A DNA stretch of 64,000 bases from a virus: positions 11,152-75,151 of IMG/VR virus record IMGVR_UViG_3300009320_000011; one strand, written 5' to 3'. Below the pieces are notes generated by a model. That model was given only the letters and a program-made list of their open reading frames with translations. It had not been told where the DNA came from and ran no database searches. This document shows, one piece after another, positions 19,401-28,259 of the stretch. Both the position numbers and the translations under genes were made by a program. Every line of letters starts with the position of its first letter. The first letter of the stretch is position 1.

Positions 19401-19682
19401 CCAGAAACTACTAGAAGTACCAATAAAGCGGAAACAATAGGAACTGAAGGACAGAAAATTACACCACAAACACAAAATATACCAGTAACTGCTACAACAA
19501 CTTCAGGAACAGATGGGTTGGATCGTATTGCATTATTGATTCAACAATTAATTGGATCTGTAAATCAACCACAAAAGATATATATTGGAAACAAAGTAAT
19601 AAATGAAATAACAAGACAACAGCAATTATCAAGACACCAATCCGCTGGATTTGATGGTAAGTATGGATATGCAATACAGTAA
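16437..19682 (+). CDS. Tape measure protein
   Basis: 1081 aa; coiled-coil N-terminus, Ala/Gly-rich hydrophobic repeats (AKAMQEFSTGV x2); follows the tail chaperone. Confidence 0.85.
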   Translation: MGNNDNLIKQQIQKLSLQEKELKSKRSALQLEKQTESVKKKILKLDKEIQDVKQKTNEIQEKFNTSEAEINQSEAEINQILSQNRDKIKDILNLSNDLSADLSKQLGVKQLINIVDRVQTDNARRINQDKAKEYNIRLQINDIGDEILNNEKEILSGNSDGLDISQQLLDVEYIRRDILESSKDLSDEQQKKLLKELNVREKLLETQQEIIIHEKRRNELIDEGVGKIESAFESIESGLKSIPGGGMLSKVLGIETFGKDFTKTIKDNLVAGRSAFEGLGSTVSSSFKVIGSALTSTLGSVLGLVAIFAILYSVLSGITEQVMETSKELGISTGQAKKLVDNSKEWVGRLGHGLATSEEILKAQGAIVKEYGSTNNISEELTDNILTMEHAFGVAGETTAKVSKSLEGMGLSKESIATSNILAGNLAEAAGVPIDAVMEDVANSSEMIHKFLPKMGPEIYKAAVEAKRLGLTLSEIGKVGEQLLDVQSNLEKEMTAQVMLGKQIDFDKSRQLFANKEPLKAIEVLMKGIGDINDLNYYKQQAITEATGLTVDQIAEYQRKQKEINELKIKDPIAHQAYKKAIKDLEDLNKLKKQSVEEEAASNLEARRMAILWDEIKQSLIKALAPIAERLLPILKAIAWVLSGIAEQGWIIQGIFITLGTIWAGKLLLGTITKLKKLGSLAKTVFTKMISQRAAATGGSGGYSSLFNKQATPKTPTAGTGGKPSKMMQGLSKIDWKKMLAGAAAMLIVAAAVWVMAKAMQEFSTGVKWSGVAKGLVSLGALAIVVAALSFISQNIILGAVAMVIMAGGLWVLAKAMQEFSTGVEWDGIWKGLTALGAFAIVTAAMAFVAPLILIGAAAIIVMSAGLWVFAIALQAIASVDTDSIFNGLKSLADIGPGLLLAAIGIGAISLAMAAFAGGSILGLIGSVFSEIGIVRTLTKLSNLAPGLNSVAESLNSIKASMDSLDGTKADISINIPSNIEKWIEQRGPETTRSTNKAETIGTEGQKITPQTQNIPVTATTTSGTDGLDRIALLIQQLIGSVNQPQKIYIGNKVINEITRQQQLSRHQSAGFDGKYGYAIQ
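16632..16673 (+). repeat. Perfect 21-nt tandem duplication (SEAEINQ x2)
   Basis: TCTGAAGCCGAGATTAATCAA occurs twice in tandem. Confidence 0.9.
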
Positions 19683-19696
19683 GAGAGGTATATTAA

Positions 19697-21649
19697 ATGG
19701 CGTTAGTTGATATGAAATCTAATTTGGTTAAAGAACCAATCAAGCGTGTAATTGATCCATATGGTTTGCATAAAAAACCACACATAGCCGATCATTCGAA
19801 GTTGGATATAGATACTTTACCAGAAGTATATAACAGAGAAAGCGCTTTCTCTAATGATGCTATTAACCAACAATACGATAAATTTAATCTTCGAAGAGAT
19901 GCTCATAATTCTAGTTATATAAAGGAACCATATATACTTCATGGAATTCAAAAGGACGGAGGATCAACACCAAATACACCACCATATTTAACTGGAGCAG
20001 AGCATCTGGTTGAAGATATTGCTCGCATAGGGAAATTCTTTATTAGTCCAAAGGGACTGGTATTTTTAGCAAAACAGGTTGGATTACAATTAATGAATCC
20101 AAAGGTGGAAACTTTACCAAATTGGCCAGTGGCGCTTATACCAAGTACTAGGATATATAATCTTGGTGTTAATACAATGGCAGCGGTTGCTACACCTATG
20201 TTACACCCATGGATATATATGCAGAGACATGGAGTGGATCCATTGGGAATAATAGGTCCGGATTACGGAAAAGTTGTAAAGTGGAATAATGTGCTTGGAC
20301 TTAATAGATTGGTTAGTATGACGAGTGATAATATGATATCAGACAGCGCTGACGGAACAGAGGCCAGCGAAACTCGAAGAGATAATAGAAAAAAATATTA
20401 TAATATACTACAGGCTAAAGCGGGGAATGATCCACTGTTTAATTTCTTGAAAGGTTTCTTTGGATCATCATTCGGACAAAAGGTATTTAATATAATAAAC
20501 CAACCAAAATATTTTGAAAAAAGAAGTATACTTAAAGAATTTAGACAGATGAATATTGGATCGGTGTCTGGTCGGATGGGTCCAAATTCATTTTTTGGCA
20601 TCGGCCGGACAAATATAAAAATTAGTAAAGACAGAACTCCACAGAGTTCTCTAGGATCATTGCCATGGTTCAACCTTCTTCCAGGAAGCAAACCAGAAAA
20701 ATATTCAATAGGCACAGATCCGGTTTCACTAAATAGACCATTAAATGAAGCTGAAAAAACTGATTTTACTAAAAAATTAAGAGAATCAGTAAAACATCCA
20801 CCGTCTTTTAGTGATGAATCAAGATATTCGACATTAGCATATAAGAACTTTCCAGTAAACGGGCAGTATCTAGATACACTATCACCCATGCCGATTCCTG
20901 TGGGAGAATTTCCCGATTTTAGAAATGGATTAGCTGAACCTTCGCGCAAGATTTATAAAGATTATAATCCGAAAACTAAATTTGGGATGGCTGATTATAA
21001 GCAATCAACTGACAAGGATAAGAGTGATTATACAACAGAACTGCCAGATGCTTCAGATAAAATCAATGCACGGGACTATGATGAAAAAACTAAAAAGAGC
21101 CTAGAATTACCAAATAATATTCGTGATTACGTAACATTTAGATTTAGTAATTTTAATGAAAAAGAACACATTATATTTAGAGCAACAATAACTGGTTTAA
21201 CTGATACATTTTCTCCATCATGGAACTCAGTAAATATACTGGGAAGAGCCGATCCAGCTTACATATACTCTCAGTTTGAGAGAACAGTATCATTTAATTT
21301 TGCTGTTGCAGCTATGTCAAGAGCTGAATTAACAACAAATTATAAAAGACTTAACGCTTTGGCTGGATATACAACACCAGAATATTCAGATCATGGTATG
21401 GTAGCTCCTTTTATTCGTGTAACAATCGGCAATTACTTTAAAAATACACCAGCAATAATAACTGGACTAACATATACTGTTAATGATGAATCACCGTGGG
21501 AAATTAATTTAGAAGGAAAACCAGAAGCACCACAATTACCGCACGTTATTGATGTACAACTAGGATTGACAATCATAAATAACTATAGACCTGAATTTGG
21601 TGGAAAATTCTTTAGCGTTGATAAAGAAATAATAGAAAATCCAGTTTAA
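19697..21649 (+). CDS. Baseplate/tail-tube initiator-like protein
   Basis: C-terminal FRATITGLTDTFSPSW...GRADPAYIYSQFERTVSFNF...PFIRVTIG..PWEI domain; follows the tape measure gene. Confidence 0.65.
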   Translation: MALVDMKSNLVKEPIKRVIDPYGLHKKPHIADHSKLDIDTLPEVYNRESAFSNDAINQQYDKFNLRRDAHNSSYIKEPYILHGIQKDGGSTPNTPPYLTGAEHLVEDIARIGKFFISPKGLVFLAKQVGLQLMNPKVETLPNWPVALIPSTRIYNLGVNTMAAVATPMLHPWIYMQRHGVDPLGIIGPDYGKVVKWNNVLGLNRLVSMTSDNMISDSADGTEASETRRDNRKKYYNILQAKAGNDPLFNFLKGFFGSSFGQKVFNIINQPKYFEKRSILKEFRQMNIGSVSGRMGPNSFFGIGRTNIKISKDRTPQSSLGSLPWFNLLPGSKPEKYSIGTDPVSLNRPLNEAEKTDFTKKLRESVKHPPSFSDESRYSTLAYKNFPVNGQYLDTLSPMPIPVGEFPDFRNGLAEPSRKIYKDYNPKTKFGMADYKQSTDKDKSDYTTELPDASDKINARDYDEKTKKSLELPNNIRDYVTFRFSNFNEKEHIIFRATITGLTDTFSPSWNSVNILGRADPAYIYSQFERTVSFNFAVAAMSRAELTTNYKRLNALAGYTTPEYSDHGMVAPFIRVTIGNYFKNTPAIITGLTYTVNDESPWEINLEGKPEAPQLPHVIDVQLGLTIINNYRPEFGGKFFSVDKEIIENPV

Positions 21650-21661
21650 GGAGAGCGAATC

Positions 21662-21973
21662 ATGAATATTGAAAGATACGGAACAAACAAAATCATTCTA
21701 AAGAATAAAAAACGGATGTATAATACAACAATATATCCTAAAATAGAAAAAAGCGCTAAAGATATATATATTTATACTGTCAAAGGCGATCGACTGGATT
21801 TGATAGCTGAAGATTATTATAATGATGTTGAACTGTGGTTTGTTATAGCACATGCAAATGGCATTGGACGTGGTAGTATGTATGTCGAACCAAATAAACA
21901 GGTTAGGATACCAGAGATAACAAAAGTAAATCAATTTCTATTGGAATTAGAAGACTTGAATAAAGTAAGGTAA
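21662..21973 (+). CDS. Baseplate wedge LysM-like protein (gp53/tail X-like)
   Basis: GDRLDLIAEDYY.D..LWFVIAHAN..RIP. Confidence 0.8.
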   Translation: MNIERYGTNKIILKNKKRMYNTTIYPKIEKSAKDIYIYTVKGDRLDLIAEDYYNDVELWFVIAHANGIGRGSMYVEPNKQVRIPEITKVNQFLLELEDLNKVR

Positions 21974-21977
21974 CCAA

Positions 21978-22304
21978 ATGAAATATTCAGAAATAATTAA
22001 AAATTATACCGATAAAATATCTGGTGGTAAAGGCGATAATAGTAAACCAGAAGATTTTGATAAAAAAGAAGTAATCGTAGGACTATACGTGGAAAGAGAG
22101 CATACAAGCAATCCACAAGAATCATTATCAATTGTGCTGGATCATCTCACTGAAAATCCAAAATATTATACCGACTTAGTTAATTCTGGAATCGTTGATG
22201 AAAAAGAAGCAATCACCGCAGCCAAAAAATTTGGAATGATAAATGATGAATCAATTAAAGAAATGGTCAGACTATTAATAAGAAAAGAATTAAAAGGTTT
22301 TTAA
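21978..22304 (+). CDS. Conserved phage protein (DUF5661-like) with a C-terminal leader-like helix
   Basis: GLYVEREHT..I.LDHLTENPKYY; ends ESIKEMVRLLIRKEL. Confidence 0.6.
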   Translation: MKYSEIIKNYTDKISGGKGDNSKPEDFDKKEVIVGLYVEREHTSNPQESLSIVLDHLTENPKYYTDLVNSGIVDEKEAITAAKKFGMINDESIKEMVRLLIRKELKGF

Positions 22305-22305
22305 C

Positions 22306-24129
22306 ATGGCAGGCCGCTCAAAAGCATATTGGGAAAAGGATAGAACAAAACCAATAGCATATGAATTCCCGTATCAAAAAACGGTGAAGGCATCTGTTAG
22401 TTGTAAGGGTCAAATTATATCTACTGATCAAAGTAAGTTCGATGATTTTTATGATACTGACCGGCACTTACCAAAATCAGCAACACTAACATCTATTGAT
22501 ATATCAACAGAAGGATATATGGGTACAATAAAAAAAGCAAGTGTTAATTTTACAATTCACGACATTAGAGATATAGGATCATATGAAAATGGATTACTTA
22601 GACCAGGAACAACTGTGACCATTAATTATGGTTGGTCGGGAGATGGCAAATCTCAAGGCGGAGGCGAGTTCGTGGGAGAGACATTTAATTTTGGTTTTTC
22701 AATGAATGATTATGGTGGAGCGGATTGCAATTTAGAATGTCTAGGACCAGGCGCTAGTGCTTTATGGTTGTCTGTAAATAGAGATATACCAAATGGACCA
22801 GAGGATGAAGATGAACACGGACACAGCATGATAGTAAATACAATAATGGCATTTATTAGAGATTATATACGCGTGAATAGAGAAAAGTCTATACCAAAAT
22901 ACATGATAAATACAAAGAACGGCGTCGGTCAGTTTGAAATAAATGGAGGAGAAGAAGACAAAGATGAAGACAGTGATTCTTTTTCATATCCAGGATGGTA
23001 TATTTCTTTAGGATCTTTAATAAAGTTAATGAACAAATATTGTTTATATACGGCGATCATATCTGAAGATAAAGCATATGAACCAATAAATACTATGCCG
23101 ACGGCACGATATGTAAAGGGCATACCATCTGGCAATTATCTAAAATTTGCATTTCCAAATCCAGAGGGATATTATAATAAGAAAGTAACTTTCGAAAAGC
23201 ATTCAGCTGCTCAAAAGGTGCCTTTTGTTGAAGGCGATAAAGCTCTTTTGGGAAATGCATTAATAAATATTGATTATCTATTTTCTATTTTTGAACGTGA
23301 TATTGCTAAAGATGATAATGTTGATGTTACCGTAAAAACTCTATTCAGGGTTCTTTTTAGAGATTTATCTGAAGTTAGTGGAGGCGCCTATAATTTAGCA
23401 CTAACACTTAAACCGAACGTCGGCTCCAACAATTTATGGTACAATAAAAGAGTAGCGTTACACATACATGATATATCGGATTATGGTAAAGACGGACCCA
23501 AAGAATATACATTTACACCATTTGTAGAGGGATCTGTTGTCCGAAATATGTCATTATCAACTCAAATACCTGATTTACTGGTTAAAGAAATGTATTTGGT
23601 TGCTAGGGGAGAAGCATCCAAAAATAAACTTGTAAATTTTATGATGGATAAATCAGATAATGCGATAGATCAAAATCAAACTTCAACTAATCCGTTTGCT
23701 TTCCCATTGCCCGTCCCAGAAAGTACGTATAGTGGCGTCGGCATAGATTGGGAGCTGCTGGAGCAAAAGCAAAAGCAAAAGCAAAAGGAATTACAAGCTG
23801 CCTATGAAAAAATTAAAAAATTAAAAGAAACACTTGCTGAACACAATGGAGCACCTGAAATGGCTACACAACTTATATCAGCGAATAGAGATGCCGTTAG
23901 CCAAGACCCAAAGTCTACAGTAAATGATTCTATATATCCATTAAATTTAAGCGTAACACTTGATGGTGATGATAAAATTTTACCAGGAGATTATATAACT
24001 AGTGGTTGGCTTCCAAGAAAATATCAAAAAGGTCTTGATTTTATGGTAACAAAAATTTCACATAAAATAACTGTCAATGATTGGGAAACAGACATAGAAA
24101 CACAGTGCAAGGTTAAGAAATCATCATGA
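22306..24129 (+). CDS. Baseplate hub protein (gp27/gpD-like)
   Basis: LLRPG..V.I.YGW; C-terminal PLNLSVTLDG..ISHKI...WET.IET. Confidence 0.65.
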   Translation: MAGRSKAYWEKDRTKPIAYEFPYQKTVKASVSCKGQIISTDQSKFDDFYDTDRHLPKSATLTSIDISTEGYMGTIKKASVNFTIHDIRDIGSYENGLLRPGTTVTINYGWSGDGKSQGGGEFVGETFNFGFSMNDYGGADCNLECLGPGASALWLSVNRDIPNGPEDEDEHGHSMIVNTIMAFIRDYIRVNREKSIPKYMINTKNGVGQFEINGGEEDKDEDSDSFSYPGWYISLGSLIKLMNKYCLYTAIISEDKAYEPINTMPTARYVKGIPSGNYLKFAFPNPEGYYNKKVTFEKHSAAQKVPFVEGDKALLGNALINIDYLFSIFERDIAKDDNVDVTVKTLFRVLFRDLSEVSGGAYNLALTLKPNVGSNNLWYNKRVALHIHDISDYGKDGPKEYTFTPFVEGSVVRNMSLSTQIPDLLVKEMYLVARGEASKNKLVNFMMDKSDNAIDQNQTSTNPFAFPLPVPESTYSGVGIDWELLEQKQKQKQKELQAAYEKIKKLKETLAEHNGAPEMATQLISANRDAVSQDPKSTVNDSIYPLNLSVTLDGDDKILPGDYITSGWLPRKYQKGLDFMVTKISHKITVNDWETDIETQCKVKKSS

Positions 24130-24770
24130 CAGTCTATAGAAAAAGAATATATTATCCCGAATCCCAAATGACGTTGGGACTAACTACTGATGGTGGCGAA
24201 TATATGACATTAGATGATGTTGAATATATAGGAGCGTATCATAAATATAGTGATGGCGCAATATATACTGGTGGTTCATATACATCTAATTCAAAACCAT
24301 TGATCAAATATAGATTAAATGAACCAGAATCGTCTTTGTTATATGATAAAATAGTCCAACATGCATTTCCTAAAAAATCACTATTAACACCACAGCAACC
24401 AATATTAACAGAAGATGATTATAAGATTGGCAGCATTTCGAGATATATAGCAGTGAGAATTAATGATTATACTGGTGATTCTGTAATTGAAATATCAGAA
24501 AAAGACTATACAAAATTTAGAGTAAAGAAAACATCAGCGTCGTTCATATACAATCTCATCGAAATCAAATGGAAATTAACTGGATCAATGAATGATATAT
24601 ATGATAAAGATGTTAGATTGGAAAGTGGCGTGTATGATACAAACAAACGGATCATAGAATCAGCGTCACAGAGAACTGGATTCTCATGTCTAAAAAATGT
24701 TATAACTGACTATTTGAGATATACCATATATGATCCAAATACACCAGTTCAGATTAAAAATATGTTTTGA
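24126..24770 (+). CDS. Hypothetical protein at the end of the baseplate cluster
   Basis: Intact ORF with EYIGAYH..IYTG and IKWKLTG segments; overlaps the hub gene stop. Confidence 0.6.
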   Translation: MTVYRKRIYYPESQMTLGLTTDGGEYMTLDDVEYIGAYHKYSDGAIYTGGSYTSNSKPLIKYRLNEPESSLLYDKIVQHAFPKKSLLTPQQPILTEDDYKIGSISRYIAVRINDYTGDSVIEISEKDYTKFRVKKTSASFIYNLIEIKWKLTGSMNDIYDKDVRLESGVYDTNKRIIESASQRTGFSCLKNVITDYLRYTIYDPNTPVQIKNMF

Positions 24771-24796
24771 TAATTCAAGTTTTTTTTGTATATTTG
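24766..24796 (+). promoter_or_regulatory. Bacteroidota-type -33/-7 promoter
   Basis: TTTG-N19-TATATTTG, an exact match to the TTTG/TAnnTTTG consensus. Confidence 0.65.
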
Positions 24797-24800
24797 TATA

Positions 24801-26138
24801 ATGATTATTGATAATTTAGATGGCTTTAATGTTTTTTTGGAAGATGCTTCCAAAAAGAATGTATTATTGATTCCAATATATTCTGATATAAACAAACATT
24901 CGGTTAATAACCGAATCAGTCTGCTTTATATTCATGTAATTGGCGGCAATACATATGTGATTCCATCAAATCATTCCGAATCACTAGTGGATAAAAAGTT
25001 AATTGACAAAATAAAACTCGATGGTCTGGTTTTTGTATTAAACAAAAAGAGGTTCATGTATCATATGAAATTTGAATCAATGTTTGATTATAATACATTG
25101 AATTACTTTTATACAAATAATCCAATTGACATAGAATCATATGAAAATAACTGTATATCATATTATACTAGACGTCGTGGCAATATCAAGAATATTATTG
25201 ACATAGTACCGCTTATAAAAATAGTGGAAATGTGTAATAAGATCAGAGATAATTTTATAGAATTCTATAAAAATACAAAAATCACCGATCAATTTGCATA
25301 CTATGATCTGGCGTTTAATGATACATTGTTTAATATTGAAAAAAATGGATTAAAAGTAACTGATAGATTCCATCACTTGTTTAACTACAATCAACTAGTG
25401 TCATCTCTTGTGTACAGCGAGTATAATATATTCACACGCACAGGTCGTACGAGCAATGCATTTGGTGGCGTAAATTTTTCTGCAATCAATAATAACGAAG
25501 ATCGAGAGTGCTTTATTAGTAGATTTGGCAAAGATGGCATGATGATCCAATTTGACCATACAGCATATCATTTATATTTGGTTGCATCTTTAATTGGTTA
25601 TACATTTCCAAAGGACGTGAGTGCTCATGAATATCTGGGTAGATTTTATTATAATAAAGAATCACTGACTGAAGATGAAATTGCAGAAGCAAAAAAAATA
25701 AATTTTAATATATTGTATGGCGGCATAGATGAGGATTTCTTGAGCATACCATTTTTCAATTTAACAAATTCTTACATAGAAGAACAATGGAAAAGTTTTG
25801 AAAATGATACTTATATCTGTAGTCCGATTTTTAAGAGGAAAATCAAAAAATCATCTATCGATGATATGAGTCCAAATAAACTGTTTAACTATTTAATTCA
25901 ATCAATGGAATCGGAAACAAGTATAATGAATATTAATAAGGTCGTTAAACTACTGGATAGTTTCAAATCAAAAATAATATTATATACTTATGATAGCATA
26001 TTGGTTGATTTTAATAAAGCTGATGGGGGTGAATTGATTACGGATATTAAGAATACTTTGGAATGTGAAGGAAAATATCCGACATCAGTTAAAATTGGTT
26101 ATGATTATTTCAATATAATAAATGTAGATAAACTATGA
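24801..26138 (+). CDS. Family A DNA polymerase-like protein
   Basis: TRTGRTSN, motif A QFDHTAYH, motif B AKKINFNILYG, NYLIQS, motif C YTYDS. Confidence 0.75.
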   Translation: MIIDNLDGFNVFLEDASKKNVLLIPIYSDINKHSVNNRISLLYIHVIGGNTYVIPSNHSESLVDKKLIDKIKLDGLVFVLNKKRFMYHMKFESMFDYNTLNYFYTNNPIDIESYENNCISYYTRRRGNIKNIIDIVPLIKIVEMCNKIRDNFIEFYKNTKITDQFAYYDLAFNDTLFNIEKNGLKVTDRFHHLFNYNQLVSSLVYSEYNIFTRTGRTSNAFGGVNFSAINNNEDRECFISRFGKDGMMIQFDHTAYHLYLVASLIGYTFPKDVSAHEYLGRFYYNKESLTEDEIAEAKKINFNILYGGIDEDFLSIPFFNLTNSYIEEQWKSFENDTYICSPIFKRKIKKSSIDDMSPNKLFNYLIQSMESETSIMNINKVVKLLDSFKSKIILYTYDSILVDFNKADGGELITDIKNTLECEGKYPTSVKIGYDYFNIINVDKL

Positions 26139-27742
26139 TAAATCAAAAATTAATACTTAAAAAGTGGGCACAAAGTATACCCAATGGTGTAATTGATACT
26201 AAAAATATTGTACATCAAGCAAATTTAATTGAAATATTGCGAGATATGAACATTGAAGAAGATCAAATTCAAGAAGTAATGTCGAGTATTCGTGGCGAAA
26301 TCAATGAAGAACAAATGGTACCCAATCCAAATCCGAGTCCAAATAAAAAAAAGGACATGGTTACACTAGCGTATGCTAGAACATTTTATGAGAAGGGCGG
26401 TGATACTGGACTATCTGATGATGAAATAGTGAAAAAAGCAAAAGAGGATAGTAAAGGTAAAGATAAAAAGGAAACTGAAGACACCAAACAGAAAAAGGAT
26501 GTAATTAGTGTATCTGATAAAACTAAACAGGATTATTCCGAAATCTTATCAAATATGGATACGATGACCGAACAAGCTGATCAAACCACAAAAGATAGAA
26601 TAAAAATTCTAAAGCAATCAATTAATAAATTTATGGAATCGGATAACTATGAAGACCAAGTATCAGCAATACGTGAAATGGTTGAATATGGTTTAATAGA
26701 GGCTCCAATTGGATCTAAAAGTAAAAAAATATATTTATCAGATAATACAACACTACCATATAAATTTATTACTAAAAGTAGTGGAACTCAACTAACAGCT
26801 GCTATGATAAAAATTATTAGGGCTGAAGGAATAGACGTTCCACTCCGATCAAGTGGCAGAAGAACCGGATCAGCATACTATGGAGCTCACAATGAGAGTG
26901 GAATTGCATCTTATGTTTTTTCAAGTAAAGAAAATAAAGATATATATGAATCTGCTAAAACAGAACTAATTGGAGCTGGAGAAACCGAAGAACAAAAATA
27001 TGATGATATAAATAAAAAAACAGCAAAACTTATATTAGAAGCATTGCCGGAAGGATCTAAGGTTACGGATTGTTTAGCCGTTGGTGGAATAGGTAAATTG
27101 GAATTAGAAAAAATGGGAATATCCAATAGAACGGATCCAACCGATATCGTGGTTACCTATAAAGATAAGGAAGGCAACACTAAATACACGAAATTATCAG
27201 CCAAAATATATTCTGATCCGAGTAGAATTACAATGAAAAATGCTGGAATGACAGACGCTGGAGTAACATATTTGGGTGACGCTGGAAAAGAAGTAGATGA
27301 TGTTGTTCTAGCTATGAGAGAAAAACACAAGTGGGATGATTCGATGTCTGTTCAAGAGAAAAAACAAAAAAAGGTAGATTTTAAGAAGGAATATATGAAT
27401 ATGTTTTTCTCAAAAATGGAGGAATTATCCAAAACAGATGCGGGACAAGACCAACTCATTAAAATGTGGAGTGATATACATGGCTGCGGTGCAGATGTAA
27501 GTACATCAATAGCAAATAAACGCACAGGGAATGTTGAATTAAAACCACCAAATTATTATTGTATTGGTATAAAAAAACCACTCAAAACATCACACGATGG
27601 AACTAAAATGATAATTGAAGTAGATGGTAATAATGATTCTTTTATTCAAATTGATGTTAAAACAGAGGATAAAGCAGCACCGGTATTGTTATTTAGACAT
27701 ATAACAAAAAAAATTAAAAAAACAAAAGATGATAAAAAATAG
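26135..27742 (+). CDS. Large hypothetical protein with a possible C-terminal PD-(D/E)XK-like fold
   Basis: 535-aa ORF; TDPTDIVV...KLSAK resembles a restriction-endonuclease core (inference). Confidence 0.5.
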   Translation: MINQKLILKKWAQSIPNGVIDTKNIVHQANLIEILRDMNIEEDQIQEVMSSIRGEINEEQMVPNPNPSPNKKKDMVTLAYARTFYEKGGDTGLSDDEIVKKAKEDSKGKDKKETEDTKQKKDVISVSDKTKQDYSEILSNMDTMTEQADQTTKDRIKILKQSINKFMESDNYEDQVSAIREMVEYGLIEAPIGSKSKKIYLSDNTTLPYKFITKSSGTQLTAAMIKIIRAEGIDVPLRSSGRRTGSAYYGAHNESGIASYVFSSKENKDIYESAKTELIGAGETEEQKYDDINKKTAKLILEALPEGSKVTDCLAVGGIGKLELEKMGISNRTDPTDIVVTYKDKEGNTKYTKLSAKIYSDPSRITMKNAGMTDAGVTYLGDAGKEVDDVVLAMREKHKWDDSMSVQEKKQKKVDFKKEYMNMFFSKMEELSKTDAGQDQLIKMWSDIHGCGADVSTSIANKRTGNVELKPPNYYCIGIKKPLKTSHDGTKMIIEVDGNNDSFIQIDVKTEDKAAPVLLFRHITKKIKKTKDDKK

Positions 27743-27789
27743 AATTTTGGTATTGAAAATTTAATTAGCAAAATACTCGGAGAAAATGA

Positions 27790-28182
27790 TTGAAGTTACA
27801 ACTAATAGTCACATTCACTAACAAAAAATCACTACAAAATGTTACTAAAAACATCGTAGATAAATTTGATAACATATTAAATAATAAAATATATGTACTA
27901 TCAACATCTGGCGAAAAATTAATATGTAGTTATTCTGTTCAGTTAAAAGAGCCAATAGCTTTTCTATCTGATAGTATTTTGGTACATAGGAAAAAATATA
28001 CGAATACGTTATATTCTATAAATGCACTAAATTTCATAATAAAAAGAATGAACAATGGTTTGTTAGATAAAACATTACAAATTCCATGGGACAATTATGA
28101 GAATTGCTTATTAATTATTGATAACGGAGAATTAAAAAAAATAAATACAAACCTATCAGAAATAATAAATATTGAAAAATAA
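27790..28182 (+). CDS. Conserved hypothetical protein upstream of the ssDNA-binding gene
   Basis: VHRKKYTNTLYSINALN motif; TTG start after GGAG. Confidence 0.6.
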   Translation: MKLQLIVTFTNKKSLQNVTKNIVDKFDNILNNKIYVLSTSGEKLICSYSVQLKEPIAFLSDSILVHRKKYTNTLYSINALNFIIKRMNNGLLDKTLQIPWDNYENCLLIIDNGELKKINTNLSEIINIEK

Positions 28183-28184
28183 AG

Positions 28185-28216
28185 CTTGTACAACTGAAAA
28201 AAAAGTTGTATATTCG
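28185..28216 (+). promoter_or_regulatory. Bacteroidota-type promoter (variant)
   Basis: CTTG-N20-TATATTCG. Confidence 0.55.
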
Positions 28217-28259
28217 TGTAAATTAAACATTAATTAAAACTAAAAAAGGAGAATTAAAA

